From a virus (taxonomy: Duplodnaviria; Caudoviricetes), in IMG/VR virus record IMGVR_UViG_3300027707_001276, positions 1 through 41,767 of that record: DNA of 41,767 nucleotides; one strand, written 5' to 3'. This document shows positions 8,978 through 18,323 of this stretch, piece by piece. Made by a program: the position numbers and the translations under genes. A model generated the notes under the pieces. It saw only the letters and a list, made by a program, of their open reading frames with translations, ran no database searches and was not told the DNA's origin. Each line of letters begins with the position of its first letter. Positions within the stretch are counted from its first letter, which is position 1.

Positions 8978-9358
8978 TCAAAACTTTTTTTGATATCCTG
9001 CTAGGTTAAGCATGATTGAATATTGTTCGTAGGCTTTTTGGACAGCAGCATTGGTATTTCTATAGTGAGCTTCTTCACGTTCTTTGTCCATCAGCATTTG
9101 AAACATGTCAATTGGTTTACCGCGATGATTAATATAGTTAAAAAACTTGCGTTCCATTTCAACTAGAGTTCGTAGTCTGCCTTCGGGTATTTCTACTGTG
9201 TAGACCTGTTCGGTTTCGTACTCGACTACATCGTGGCGAATGATATCAGCGCGACTGGGATCTGTAAAAAACCGGGGAGGATGATACCGTGCCCTACGCT
9301 TGGAATCGTTGAGCACACGTACTTCGTAGTTTTCGCAGAATTTGTTAAGTTCATCCAT
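8978..9358 (-). CDS. hypothetical phage protein, 126 aa
   Basis: Start overlaps the thyX stop. Confidence 0.75.
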   Translation of the reverse strand: MDELNKFCENYEVRVLNDSKRRARYHPPRFFTDPSRADIIRHDVVEYETEQVYTVEIPEGRLRTLVEMERKFFNYINHRGKPIDMFQMLMDKEREEAHYRNTNAAVQKAYEQYSIMLNLAGYQKKF

Positions 9359-10022
9359 TTTGTACTAGGCTTTCAGCCATTGGGAATATTTCTGCAATGA
9401 CCTTTGCGCAGGCCACAGCCACTTCTTGATGCTCTTTTTGTGTACCATTTGCTGAACGCAGTTCAATGAAGTGTACCCATGAACGTAGCGTACCATTCAT
9501 ATATAACCTGCTTTCTGTAAGACCTTCTGGCAGCACAGCACGAGCTTGTTCCTTGGCTATACCATTAGAGATAGCCCACTCGTATTCTCTTTTGGCTGCA
9601 TAGATGACTCGTTGTTGAGCTCTGTACCATTCGTTTTGTAACAGTTGATCATCAACTGGGACACTGTTTTGTCTGTTCTTTGGATCTTGCAACCGTGCTT
9701 CTCTACATACAAACGACAGGTCTTTAGTAGGGTCAGCATATCGCTGACTGAACTCTTGGAAGCTGAAGCTACGATGTCTGAGGATCTGTCGTGCAATATC
9801 CCTGGTGGTGGTGATTTCGATACAGGCGGAGACCATTTCGAGTGGGCTCCAGTGTTGGTGTTTGACCAAGTATCGGATGAGTTTTTCTGATGTGTCTGTG
9901 TTGAGTTGATTCGAGGGATTGCTGACACGGGCGCAATACGCAATGAGTTCCTGTGCATCTCCGATGCCAAGATCTGCGAATTCCTGTGTGGGTTGACTGT
10001 AGCTGAGTAATCGAACATTCAT
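9351..10022 (-). CDS. thyX: flavin-dependent thymidylate synthase
   Basis: Signature RHRSFSFQEFSQRY, plus HWSPLE, ARAVLP, LRSWVHFIELR, QKEH. Start at 10022 or 10025, not 10154. Confidence 0.95.
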   Translation of the reverse strand: MNVRLLSYSQPTQEFADLGIGDAQELIAYCARVSNPSNQLNTDTSEKLIRYLVKHQHWSPLEMVSACIEITTTRDIARQILRHRSFSFQEFSQRYADPTKDLSFVCREARLQDPKNRQNSVPVDDQLLQNEWYRAQQRVIYAAKREYEWAISNGIAKEQARAVLPEGLTESRLYMNGTLRSWVHFIELRSANGTQKEHQEVAVACAKVIAEIFPMAESLVQNG

Positions 10023-10498
10023 CATGCTTCCTTTAAAATCTTCATCAACTTCTCTTTCTCGAGAAGATCCTTTTCCATTTCTATATATTGCTGACGCAGT
10101 TCTTTTAACTTGTCCCAACGTTCTTCCAGTGCTGGATTGGGATGAAGTATACACAATCGTTCTTCGATCTGCTCTATGGCTTTGGTTAGACTCTTACCAC
10201 CCACAACGATATCGGCACCTTCCTGCATGACCAGACCATCGCCGTTGATATGAACTTTGGCATTCGTCGAGGTAGTAGTATTATTCCAATTATAGGTACC
10301 AGCCCCAGCAGTCCCAGTAGTGGTGTAGGTGTAAGGTGGTGTTACAGTGCCTGACCACATAGTATTATCAATGGTGATGGTATCAGTGCCCATGCTGCCG
10401 CCTATGTTAGTGGTATAAGGCACCGCACCATAGCTGCTATCTATGGTCACGGTGTCTGAGTTGTAGTTAGGCTGCTGTTTTTGCTTCTTTGCGGGCAT
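10022..10498 (-). CDS. hypothetical phage protein, Thr/Gly-rich N-half and coiled-coil C-terminus
   Basis: Fills the gap between Hc1 and thyX. Confidence 0.7.
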   Translation of the reverse strand: MPAKKQKQQPNYNSDTVTIDSSYGAVPYTTNIGGSMGTDTITIDNTMWSGTVTPPYTYTTTGTAGAGTYNWNNTTTSTNAKVHINGDGLVMQEGADIVVGGKSLTKAIEQIEERLCILHPNPALEERWDKLKELRQQYIEMEKDLLEKEKLMKILKEA

Positions 10499-10664
10499 TT
10501 TTTTCTTCTGTGATTTCATTGCGGCGAGCTTTAACTGCCTTGCCTACTTCTTGAAGAGCCTTGCGAGCACGAGTACCTGCGGCATTATTGCCAGCTGCGA
10601 ATTTGGCATCCTCTGCTAAGAATTCTTCCATTGCTGTTTTTAATTGTTCTACTGTGTTTGACAT
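10467..10664 (-). CDS. histone H1-like Hc1 family protein
   Basis: KFAAGNNAAGTRARKALQE motif; AAGGA RBS. Confidence 0.8.
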   Translation of the reverse strand: MSNTVEQLKTAMEEFLAEDAKFAAGNNAAGTRARKALQEVGKAVKARRNEITEEKNARKEAKTAA

Positions 10665-10706
10665 AATGTTTTCCTTAAGTTATGTTCTACTACTTATTAT
10701 AGTAAT

Positions 10707-10815
10707 TGGTGTGGTCGGTAGGATTCGAACCTACAAAGCGATGTCTAAGACGTTGCCCTTGCCCAAATGCGTTTCACAACGGACCGGAGGTCTACCAAGT
10801 TCCACTCACGACCAC
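10707..10815 (-). ncRNA. 109-nt tRNA-like RNA with a non-canonical anticodon region
   Basis: Acceptor GTGGTCG/CGACCAC, A discriminator plus CCA, T-arm GTAGG-TTCGAAT-CCTAC, Leu-type D-loop GGAACTTGGTAGAC; about 52 nt between D and T arms with no 5-bp stem/7-nt loop. Confidence 0.75.
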
Positions 10816-10821
10816 ACATAT

Positions 10822-10850
10822 AGTATATAACCGCAAACGCAAAAGGTCAA
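10822..10850 (-). promoter_or_regulatory. sigma70-type promoter for the tRNA-like RNA
   Basis: TTGACC (10850-10845)-17 nt-TATACT (10827-10822); predicted +1 falls at 10815. Confidence 0.7.
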
Positions 10851-10878
10851 GACTTTTGTAGTTAAATACTGTCAGATC

Positions 10879-11874
10879 ATGACACAAGACTTCACAAAAA
10901 TACCATTCGACAACATAATAAGATTTGGACAGCGTACCATGTTGCATCGCCCATTATTTTCTACCAGTTGGATTTTGGGTCGCTTCTGTAATTATAACTG
11001 TTCCTATTGTTGGCCCTATGCCCGTAGTGATAAGATGGATTATCAAACCTTAGAAGTATATAAGTCTACTATAAATGAGATAAAACGTCAAGCTCGTCAA
11101 AATGGATTTACTGAATTCCATTGGAGCTTCAGCGGCGGTGAGCCTACTGCTTATAAACAGTTGCCGGATTTGGTAAAACACCTAGACGAAACAGAAAGCA
11201 CATATCAGAGCATACACATGACTACCAATTTGTCGCCAGGATCAAAATGGTGGAACACATGGTGTAACAACACTGCTTTATTACAGCGTAGAAGTATCAC
11301 AGCATCATTCCATGATGAGTTTGCCAGGGAGCAAGAGTTCGGAGACAAGTGTCTACAGTTACAGTATGAGTTGGTCCATGTCACAGTCAACCAAGTTATG
11401 GTACCTGAAAAGTTCTACGAACTATATGAAAGGTTAGAACGTTTTCACAAACGCGGAATCCATGTAACTCTTAAACCTCAAAGTGATCCCACAGCCAGCG
11501 GCATTGTAGATGGATACACAGAAGAAATGATGCATTTGATGCAGACGGGTTTCCCTCAAAAGGTTAATGGAGAAGAGGTTTATCAGATTGCCTTATATGA
11601 TCACACTGGACAGGAATATCTTTTTGACCAAGCGGAAAGATTTAATTCTTTTGGTTTTAATAAATTTCAAGATTGGAGTTGCAATAGTGGATATCAAAGT
11701 GTTATAATAAGAGGTAATGAAGTAAAAAGAAGTTATAGTTGTCACGATGCACCACTAGGCACCTTAACTGACGGGTTTAGTTTAATATGTAATCCAAGAG
11801 TATGCGTTACACCTACATGTGTTAGTTCGGCAGATAGCAAAATACCCAAGAGAAAAATATTTTATGTTAGATAA
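10879..11874 (+). CDS. radical SAM protein with a C-terminal Cys-rich auxiliary domain
   Basis: CNYNCSYC, SGGEPT, TTN; C-terminal CNSG...C...CVTPTC. Confidence 0.9.
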   Translation: MTQDFTKIPFDNIIRFGQRTMLHRPLFSTSWILGRFCNYNCSYCWPYARSDKMDYQTLEVYKSTINEIKRQARQNGFTEFHWSFSGGEPTAYKQLPDLVKHLDETESTYQSIHMTTNLSPGSKWWNTWCNNTALLQRRSITASFHDEFAREQEFGDKCLQLQYELVHVTVNQVMVPEKFYELYERLERFHKRGIHVTLKPQSDPTASGIVDGYTEEMMHLMQTGFPQKVNGEEVYQIALYDHTGQEYLFDQAERFNSFGFNKFQDWSCNSGYQSVIIRGNEVKRSYSCHDAPLGTLTDGFSLICNPRVCVTPTCVSSADSKIPKRKIFYVR

Positions 11875-12643
11875 TTTGTTACCTTTTAAAATAGACAATC
11901 ATCTAAAGAAAAATAAATTTATTCCTGGTGGTTCTTTTGACAGGGCAGGAGAGTGGTCGGGTGCAGATACGCAGTTGCTCTATAGGAAAAATTTAAAAAC
12001 ACAACCGCAAGATTGGTATTACAGGACCAATTCTGTAAAATATACCAATAATTCTAAAGGATACAGAACCGCAGAATTTGAGAAAATAAACTGGGCGGAA
12101 TCAATAGTTGTATTTGGATGTTCTTATGTGTATGGCGTGGGCGTGGATGATGCTCATACATTGAGTCAGCAGCTAGAAAATATCATGCAGATACCGGTTA
12201 TAAATCTAGGACAGGGCGGAACGTCAGTAAATTTTAATCTACATAATTCCGTAATTTTAGCTGACGGATACCCAACACCAAAAGCGGTAATAATGGGTTG
12301 GCCAGGCTATGATAGATGTGTGTCTTACAGAAGAACCGGCGTAGAAAATTATGGGTCTTGGAATTTGGAGAAAAATAATTATATGGATCTATGGACCAAA
12401 GACAAATATAATCCGCGAGCCAATGCAGTTATGGCCCAGAAAATTTTTCAACTGATATGGAAAAATCGAACAGCGACATATGAATACTCCTTTGATGCAG
12501 CTACCTCAGAATTGTTCAGTTTCGATAGAACCTTTGACAACATACACGCCATTGACTTTGCTAGAGATCTACTTCATCCCGGACCTTCTGCTATTAGAAA
12601 AACTGCGGAAATTATATCTGTTTCTTTGCAAAATAAAATTTAA
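11864..12643 (+). CDS. SGNH/GDSL hydrolase-like protein
   Basis: FGCSYVYG, NLGQGG, DLLHPG motifs; ATG at 11864. Confidence 0.65.
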   Translation: MLDNLLPFKIDNHLKKNKFIPGGSFDRAGEWSGADTQLLYRKNLKTQPQDWYYRTNSVKYTNNSKGYRTAEFEKINWAESIVVFGCSYVYGVGVDDAHTLSQQLENIMQIPVINLGQGGTSVNFNLHNSVILADGYPTPKAVIMGWPGYDRCVSYRRTGVENYGSWNLEKNNYMDLWTKDKYNPRANAVMAQKIFQLIWKNRTATYEYSFDAATSELFSFDRTFDNIHAIDFARDLLHPGPSAIRKTAEIISVSLQNKI

Positions 12644-12646
12644 ACT

Positions 12647-13327
12647 ATGCAAAACATTATAAAAACAGTCAGCAAAACTCCTGATAGACTTGTTGCATTT
12701 GGATGTTCGTTCACATATGGCGACGCATTGCCTGATACATGGCCCGTACACGAACTAGGACAAACGTCAAGCAAGTTTGCTTGGCCGGCTGTGTTGGGGA
12801 AACTTTTAGAAGTGGAGGTTGACAATCGTGGCCGCTCGGGTGCTAGCAACTTTGAGATACTATTTAACATTTTAAATTATGATTTTAAATCAACAGATGT
12901 GGTGATTATTATGTGGTCATTTCCTGATAGAGATATGTTATTCAATAAGTCTCACTTTTGGCAAGAGCAACAGCATACTTCTGTAGGTGCATGGAATGAT
13001 TCCGAACTAGAAAAGCACTGGGCTATGGCACACAGTTCGGCCGACTTGGCTATAAAGTCTTGGTTTTACATACATCATGCTAGCTTATTTTTAGAGTCAC
13101 AGGGCATTAAATTTATTAATGTGTTTGCTTCCTACAGAGCATTAAGGAAGTTTAAACCAAAATTTTTAAAAGTTAATTTCTTTAATATTGAACCGGGAAT
13201 AAAAGATTTTGTTTTTCCAAACGGAGTGTATAGAGATTATGCCCTAGATAACCAACATCCTGGAGTAAACGGTCACGAGTTTATTGCTAACAGAATAAAA
13301 GGATTTATGGATGCAAATAGATACTGA
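12647..13327 (+). CDS. SGNH/GDSL hydrolase-like protein
   Basis: FGCSFTYG, NRGRSGASN, DNQHPG motifs. Confidence 0.7.
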   Translation: MQNIIKTVSKTPDRLVAFGCSFTYGDALPDTWPVHELGQTSSKFAWPAVLGKLLEVEVDNRGRSGASNFEILFNILNYDFKSTDVVIIMWSFPDRDMLFNKSHFWQEQQHTSVGAWNDSELEKHWAMAHSSADLAIKSWFYIHHASLFLESQGIKFINVFASYRALRKFKPKFLKVNFFNIEPGIKDFVFPNGVYRDYALDNQHPGVNGHEFIANRIKGFMDANRY

Positions 13328-13907
13328 ACACTTACACTACTGGATGCAGGCTGTTAGGCAAAGTTCAGATCCCATGCGTACCATGGATGCCTTTTGGTCA
13401 GGGCAACTTAACAGCAAAGAGTGGTTAATAACTAATCTTCGAAAACATGTAAACAAGATTGTTAGCATAGATATTCACGGCGGCTGGGTTGGGGTATTGG
13501 CCAGTATGTTATTTCAAAGCGAAATCAATGTCAAAAATATTCGTAGTATTGACATTGATCCTACATGCGAGCCTATTGCTACAATGATGAATAAACGAGA
13601 AGAAATGGCTGGTAGATTTCGAGCAGTCACTTCAGACATGTGCGCTATTCGCAGTGACGCTGATGTTGTTATTAATACTAGTTGTGAACATATTACACAA
13701 GATCAATATGATCTATGGTTAAACGGAATGCCACACAATAGTCTTATTGTGGTGCAAAGCAATAACTATGACATTCCCGAACACATTAGAACTGCAGGCA
13801 GTTTAGAAGAATTTAAAGAACAGAGTAACCTTACAGTGATATGGGCAGGCGAATTAGAACTGCCCTTGTACACTCGGTACATGATTATAGGAAAAATAAA
13901 TGTATAA
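13311..13907 (+). CDS. class I SAM-dependent methyltransferase
   Basis: IHGGWVG, SIDID, DVVINTSCEH. Confidence 0.75.
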   Translation: MQIDTEHLHYWMQAVRQSSDPMRTMDAFWSGQLNSKEWLITNLRKHVNKIVSIDIHGGWVGVLASMLFQSEINVKNIRSIDIDPTCEPIATMMNKREEMAGRFRAVTSDMCAIRSDADVVINTSCEHITQDQYDLWLNGMPHNSLIVVQSNNYDIPEHIRTAGSLEEFKEQSNLTVIWAGELELPLYTRYMIIGKINV

Positions 13908-14898
13908 CCTAGAAGAAATCAAAGCAGTACACTTAGAAATTACATCCAAGTGCCAGGCCAAATGTCCTATGTGCTCTCGAAATCTTCAAGGAGGCCAGGT
14001 AAATCCTATGATTGAATTAGAGGAAATAACCTTAGAACAATTTAAAAATTGGTTTCCTATAGAATTTATAACACAGTTAGACAGTCTATATATGTGTGGT
14101 AACCTCGGTGATCCAGTAATAGCTAAAGATACATTGGAAATATATCAATATCTTAGAGAAAATAATCCAAATATATCATTGCGTATGCACACAAATGGCA
14201 GCGCAAGAAACACACGATGGTGGCAAGAACTAGCTAATCTTAAAGTTGGGGTTATCTTTGGCATTGATGGGCTCGTAGATACTCACTCAGTCTATAGGAT
14301 AAACACAGATTGGAACAAAATTATTGAGAATGCCAAAGCATTCATATCCAACGGTGGTTGGGCCCGTTGGGACATGATTGTATTCAAACATAACGAGCAT
14401 CAAGAAGATGAGTGTAGGCAGCTGAGCAGTAAGATTGGCTTTGCAGAATTTACTGTAAAACACACTAGCAGATTCCGTGACGGGCAATTAAATGTACTCG
14501 ATGATCAAGGAAAAACTATTAACATCCTGTATCCTACCACTCTAAGTCATTCGATGATTGACAAAGTTAAAAAAGCCAAAGAAGATACATTGCCTATAAT
14601 TCATTGCAAGGTACAGAAAGGTAATCAAATATATGTCAGCGCCACCGGAACAGTAACTCCGTGTTGCTGGACCGATATGGAGCATGATATCCCAATGTCT
14701 ATTTCAAGAATTGATTATCTAGACAAAATCGGAGTATGGCCAAATTTGAAAAACGCCACCATACAAGATATTTTTGATTCCGGTTATTTTGATAAGATTG
14801 AACAAGCATGGAGTACGTGTGGACTCAAGGCCTGTTCCAAGCAGTGTGGATCGTTTGACAGAATGAATGCCCAATGGGCTGAAAGGTCTAAAACATGA
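13900..14898 (+). CDS. radical SAM protein with a C-terminal SPASM/twitch-like domain
   Basis: CQAKCPMC, CGNLGDP, HTNG; C-terminal C...GTVTPCC...CSKQC. Confidence 0.9.
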   Translation: MYNLEEIKAVHLEITSKCQAKCPMCSRNLQGGQVNPMIELEEITLEQFKNWFPIEFITQLDSLYMCGNLGDPVIAKDTLEIYQYLRENNPNISLRMHTNGSARNTRWWQELANLKVGVIFGIDGLVDTHSVYRINTDWNKIIENAKAFISNGGWARWDMIVFKHNEHQEDECRQLSSKIGFAEFTVKHTSRFRDGQLNVLDDQGKTINILYPTTLSHSMIDKVKKAKEDTLPIIHCKVQKGNQIYVSATGTVTPCCWTDMEHDIPMSISRIDYLDKIGVWPNLKNATIQDIFDSGYFDKIEQAWSTCGLKACSKQCGSFDRMNAQWAERSKT

Positions 14899-16163
14899 CA
14901 ATGCCCTGGTGTCCAATACCGTGGAGTCACATTGCTGTAAAGAGTAACGGAGCACTACGGATATGCTCGCATAGTCAAAGCGGTGGAAACAAGAATACCT
15001 TGCTTGAAAAGGATGGACGGGCTTTGAGAATAGATGATATCAGCAAAGCACTAAACTCTGATACATTAAAGGAGGTTCGATTAAAGTTTCTAAATAACGA
15101 ATGGCCAGAACAATGTCGTAGATGCAAGATTGAACAAGAGTCAGGCAAGCGTAGTCGCAACCAATGGGAAGCAACTATGTATGATTTTACCAGAGAAGAT
15201 GCAGAACATATTACACTACCAGATGGCGCTGTAACTGAGCAGCGTATATTTTCTATGGATTTAAGATTAGGTAACAAGTGTAACCTACAATGTGTTATGT
15301 GTCATCCCGGTGAAAGTAATCAATGGTATAAAATTCAAGAACAGATCACCGGTTCTAAAATATTCATGATTGATGATGTTACTTACAGCACAGATGGACA
15401 TGATCACTTTGAGTGGGTTGATCAGGAAGAATATTATCAACTGCTTACCGAAAATGCAAAATATCTGCAGAAAATCAAGTTTGGCGGCGGCGAGCCTTGG
15501 CTGGTTAAACAGCACCTAACTCTTCTAAATAATCTATTAGAGCAAGGACTTGCCAAAAACATCGAACTTGAATACAGTATCAATGTAACCGTCGTGCCGC
15601 AGGATTTCTTACGCACTATTGATAAATTTAAATTTGTCAAACTATGCTGTTCGGTTGATGGATACGGGGAAGTTAATGAAGCAATCCGTTATCCTACTAA
15701 GTGGTCAGTGATTGAAAAGAATCTAGACTTCTTAGATACCGGGCCTCCAAATTCAGCAGTCTTTACTAGTACCACGGTGTCGATCTTAAATATAGAACAC
15801 TTTGTTACATGGATGCAATGGTTAGAGAGCAAGCAGTTTAAAAAGATTAATACTGAAACATTCTCAGGAGTAGTAAGTCATCCAGTAATGAATCCCAAAT
15901 ATTTAAATCTACGATTAATGACTAACGAACAACATACAAGAATGTTCATGCATCTAAAGAGCCAAACCGCTGACACGGCAATGTTAGATAAGTTAACGCA
16001 ATGGGAGATGTATTCGAAGAAATTGCCTATGACAGAATCAGAGATTATTCAAGGTAGAAAAGACCTAAAAGACTTCTTTGAAAAGATGTCAAAAATACAA
16101 GGCAAAGATTGGAGAGCAATCTTCCCTATGTGCTACCGGATGATAGAAGAATGGAACGAGTAA
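14895..16163 (+). CDS. radical SAM protein with an N-terminal twitch-like domain
   Basis: CPIPW...RIC...CRRC, then DLRLGNKCNLQCVMC, GGGEP. Confidence 0.9.
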   Translation: MTMPWCPIPWSHIAVKSNGALRICSHSQSGGNKNTLLEKDGRALRIDDISKALNSDTLKEVRLKFLNNEWPEQCRRCKIEQESGKRSRNQWEATMYDFTREDAEHITLPDGAVTEQRIFSMDLRLGNKCNLQCVMCHPGESNQWYKIQEQITGSKIFMIDDVTYSTDGHDHFEWVDQEEYYQLLTENAKYLQKIKFGGGEPWLVKQHLTLLNNLLEQGLAKNIELEYSINVTVVPQDFLRTIDKFKFVKLCCSVDGYGEVNEAIRYPTKWSVIEKNLDFLDTGPPNSAVFTSTTVSILNIEHFVTWMQWLESKQFKKINTETFSGVVSHPVMNPKYLNLRLMTNEQHTRMFMHLKSQTADTAMLDKLTQWEMYSKKLPMTESEIIQGRKDLKDFFEKMSKIQGKDWRAIFPMCYRMIEEWNE

Positions 16164-17011
16164 GGGTTGCACCTGAATACGATGCTAAATGGCTAGAGGT
16201 TGAAAGGCCGCAACCTCTGTGCGATAACTATTTAGAATCGTTGTTCACTGATACAGCCACAGGGTTTAAAGGAATTAAACCTGACCATTCGCTAGCAATA
16301 CATGAACAGTTTAAAGAGAAGGCTACTAAATTTATATTTGGATCGACTCTAAATACACTACCTGGTATTGATGCATTTTCCTTTATAGGCATCACGGCAG
16401 GGTGTACTCAGTTTATTGATAACATTTATATGCAAGGCCCTGTACAGGTCTTGCGTGGTGATTATAGATATCACGAAAGATTGGGATTAGCGTATGTTAA
16501 AGATGTGGGCTCGCTGATTCCGAATATTCCATTAATTATAGCAATGCCGTTTCCTAGCATTGGTGCCCCACATCATGACATGGAGGAGATATTAAATGAA
16601 TGTTTGGTTAAAAAGATTAAAGTCCACATCGACAGTGCTTGGACCACCTGTTGTCGTGATATCGTATTTGATTACGGGCATCCTGCTATATCTAGTGTTG
16701 GTATCAGTCTTTCCAAAGGTCTAGGATTAGGTTGGAACCGAATTGGTCTGCGTTGGACCAAAGAACAAACTAGAGATAGCATATCGATAATGAATGATTT
16801 TCATATGCAAAACAGAATGCCAACTATGATAGCAAACTATGTATTAGACAATGTGTCTAGTGATTACTTGTGGACCAAGTATGGCGAGCTAAATGCAAAG
16901 ATATGCAATGATTTTGATCTCATTCCTTCTAAGGCCATACATATGGCATTTAAACAAGACAGAACATTCGTTGGTCTATCTACGTTAATTAGGCACTTGA
17001 ATAATGAGTAA
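16151..17011 (+). CDS. PLP-dependent enzyme, aminotransferase class I/II-like fold
   Basis: HIDSAW (DxA) and SLSKGLGLGWNRIG (PLP-lysine motif). Confidence 0.65.
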   Translation: MERVRVAPEYDAKWLEVERPQPLCDNYLESLFTDTATGFKGIKPDHSLAIHEQFKEKATKFIFGSTLNTLPGIDAFSFIGITAGCTQFIDNIYMQGPVQVLRGDYRYHERLGLAYVKDVGSLIPNIPLIIAMPFPSIGAPHHDMEEILNECLVKKIKVHIDSAWTTCCRDIVFDYGHPAISSVGISLSKGLGLGWNRIGLRWTKEQTRDSISIMNDFHMQNRMPTMIANYVLDNVSSDYLWTKYGELNAKICNDFDLIPSKAIHMAFKQDRTFVGLSTLIRHLNNE

Positions 17012-18323
17012 GACGTTTTGCCCTATTCCTTGGCTTCATCAAGCCGTGCGTACCAACGGCGATTGTAGAATTTGCTGTCAGGCAAACGTCACTCCTAATC
17101 AAGGAATCTTGAGAAAAGAAAATGGCGAGCCTTATAACGTATCCAGGGATAACATGTTTGATATCCAAAATGCTGATTTACTAAAACGTGTAAGACTGAA
17201 TATGATCAACGGTGAGTGGAACCCAGAATGCGGCCGTTGTAAGAGTGAAGAAGAAACCGGCATGATGGCTCGGCGTCCAAGCGAAGTAGAGAGGTGGGAA
17301 GATTCGTTTACATTCGATGATGCTGTAAATGCTACCAAGCCCGACGGTTCAATAGATCTTAAACCAATATACCTAGATTTACGTTTTGGAAATTTTTGTA
17401 ATTTAAAATGTCGAATGTGCGGTCCTACAGAAAGTCATTCGTGGTACGAGGAACACACCGATTATTTTTCTGAACAAGGGTTCAATGACACTCAGGGTTT
17501 TGTTAAACTTGTTCGCAATGATAAAGGTAGGTGGATTTCCGACGAGTACAACTGGCATGGCGAGGATTATTTTTGGAATAATTTAGAAGAAAATATGCCT
17601 AACTTGAGCAGAGTGTACATGGCCGGTGGCGAGCCGTTGTTGATAGAACGACACTATGAGTTTTTGCAAAGATGTATTGATCTAGGACATTCAAAAAATA
17701 TTGTTCTAGAATATAACACAAACTTGTCAGTGTTACCGGACCGAGCGTTATCTATGTGGCCATTTTTTAAAATGGTTCGTATCGGTGCAAGCATTGACGG
17801 CATGGAAGATATACTAGAATATCAACGTTATCCGTTCAAGTGGAATGTGGCTTTAAAGAATTTAAAAATATTAGATGACATTGCTGTTAATAATGATAAT
17901 ATTTTTCCCTCGATGAAATATACAGTTTCTGCCTATAATGTATTTCATTTGCCGAAGTTTATATGGTGGAAATTATTTGATAGCGGATTTAAGAAAATCA
18001 ACGATGTTGACCATAAACCGGTAATCGGATATCATATGGTGTACGAACCTTATAGAGTATGTACGCAGATGTTTCCAACATCTTTAAAAAATGAACTTAA
18101 ATTACATTATTCTGAATGGGAAGAAAAATTTAACAACTCCGATTTACCAGATAACATAAAAGAAACTGCAATTAATATTTTACAGTCTGTAATTACATTT
18201 ACTTTCTTAGAAGATAGATCAAACGAATTGTCTGAGTTTGTTAAATTTACAAAATATTTAGATCAAAAAAGAACACAGGATATTATGACAGTTGCTCCGG
18301 AATTAAGGAGTCTTTTTGAGTAA
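17004..18323 (+). CDS. radical SAM protein with an N-terminal twitch-like domain
   Basis: CPIPW...RICC...CGRC, then DLRFGNFCNLKCRMC, AGGEP, YNTN. Confidence 0.9.
   Translation: MSKTFCPIPWLHQAVRTNGDCRICCQANVTPNQGILRKENGEPYNVSRDNMFDIQNADLLKRVRLNMINGEWNPECGRCKSEEETGMMARRPSEVERWEDSFTFDDAVNATKPDGSIDLKPIYLDLRFGNFCNLKCRMCGPTESHSWYEEHTDYFSEQGFNDTQGFVKLVRNDKGRWISDEYNWHGEDYFWNNLEENMPNLSRVYMAGGEPLLIERHYEFLQRCIDLGHSKNIVLEYNTNLSVLPDRALSMWPFFKMVRIGASIDGMEDILEYQRYPFKWNVALKNLKILDDIAVNNDNIFPSMKYTVSAYNVFHLPKFIWWKLFDSGFKKINDVDHKPVIGYHMVYEPYRVCTQMFPTSLKNELKLHYSEWEEKFNNSDLPDNIKETAINILQSVITFTFLEDRSNELSEFVKFTKYLDQKRTQDIMTVAPELRSLFE

Noticed and set aside
10026-10154. Long N-terminal extension of ThyX in the ORF track
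   Set aside because: It overlaps the upstream gene in another frame; the RBS and homology start at 10022-10025. The same reasoning shortened several other ORFs.
10707-10815. Ordinary tRNA-Leu or tRNA-His
   Set aside because: No 5-bp anticodon stem with a 7-nt loop can be formed, and 109 nt is too long; reported as tRNA-like instead.
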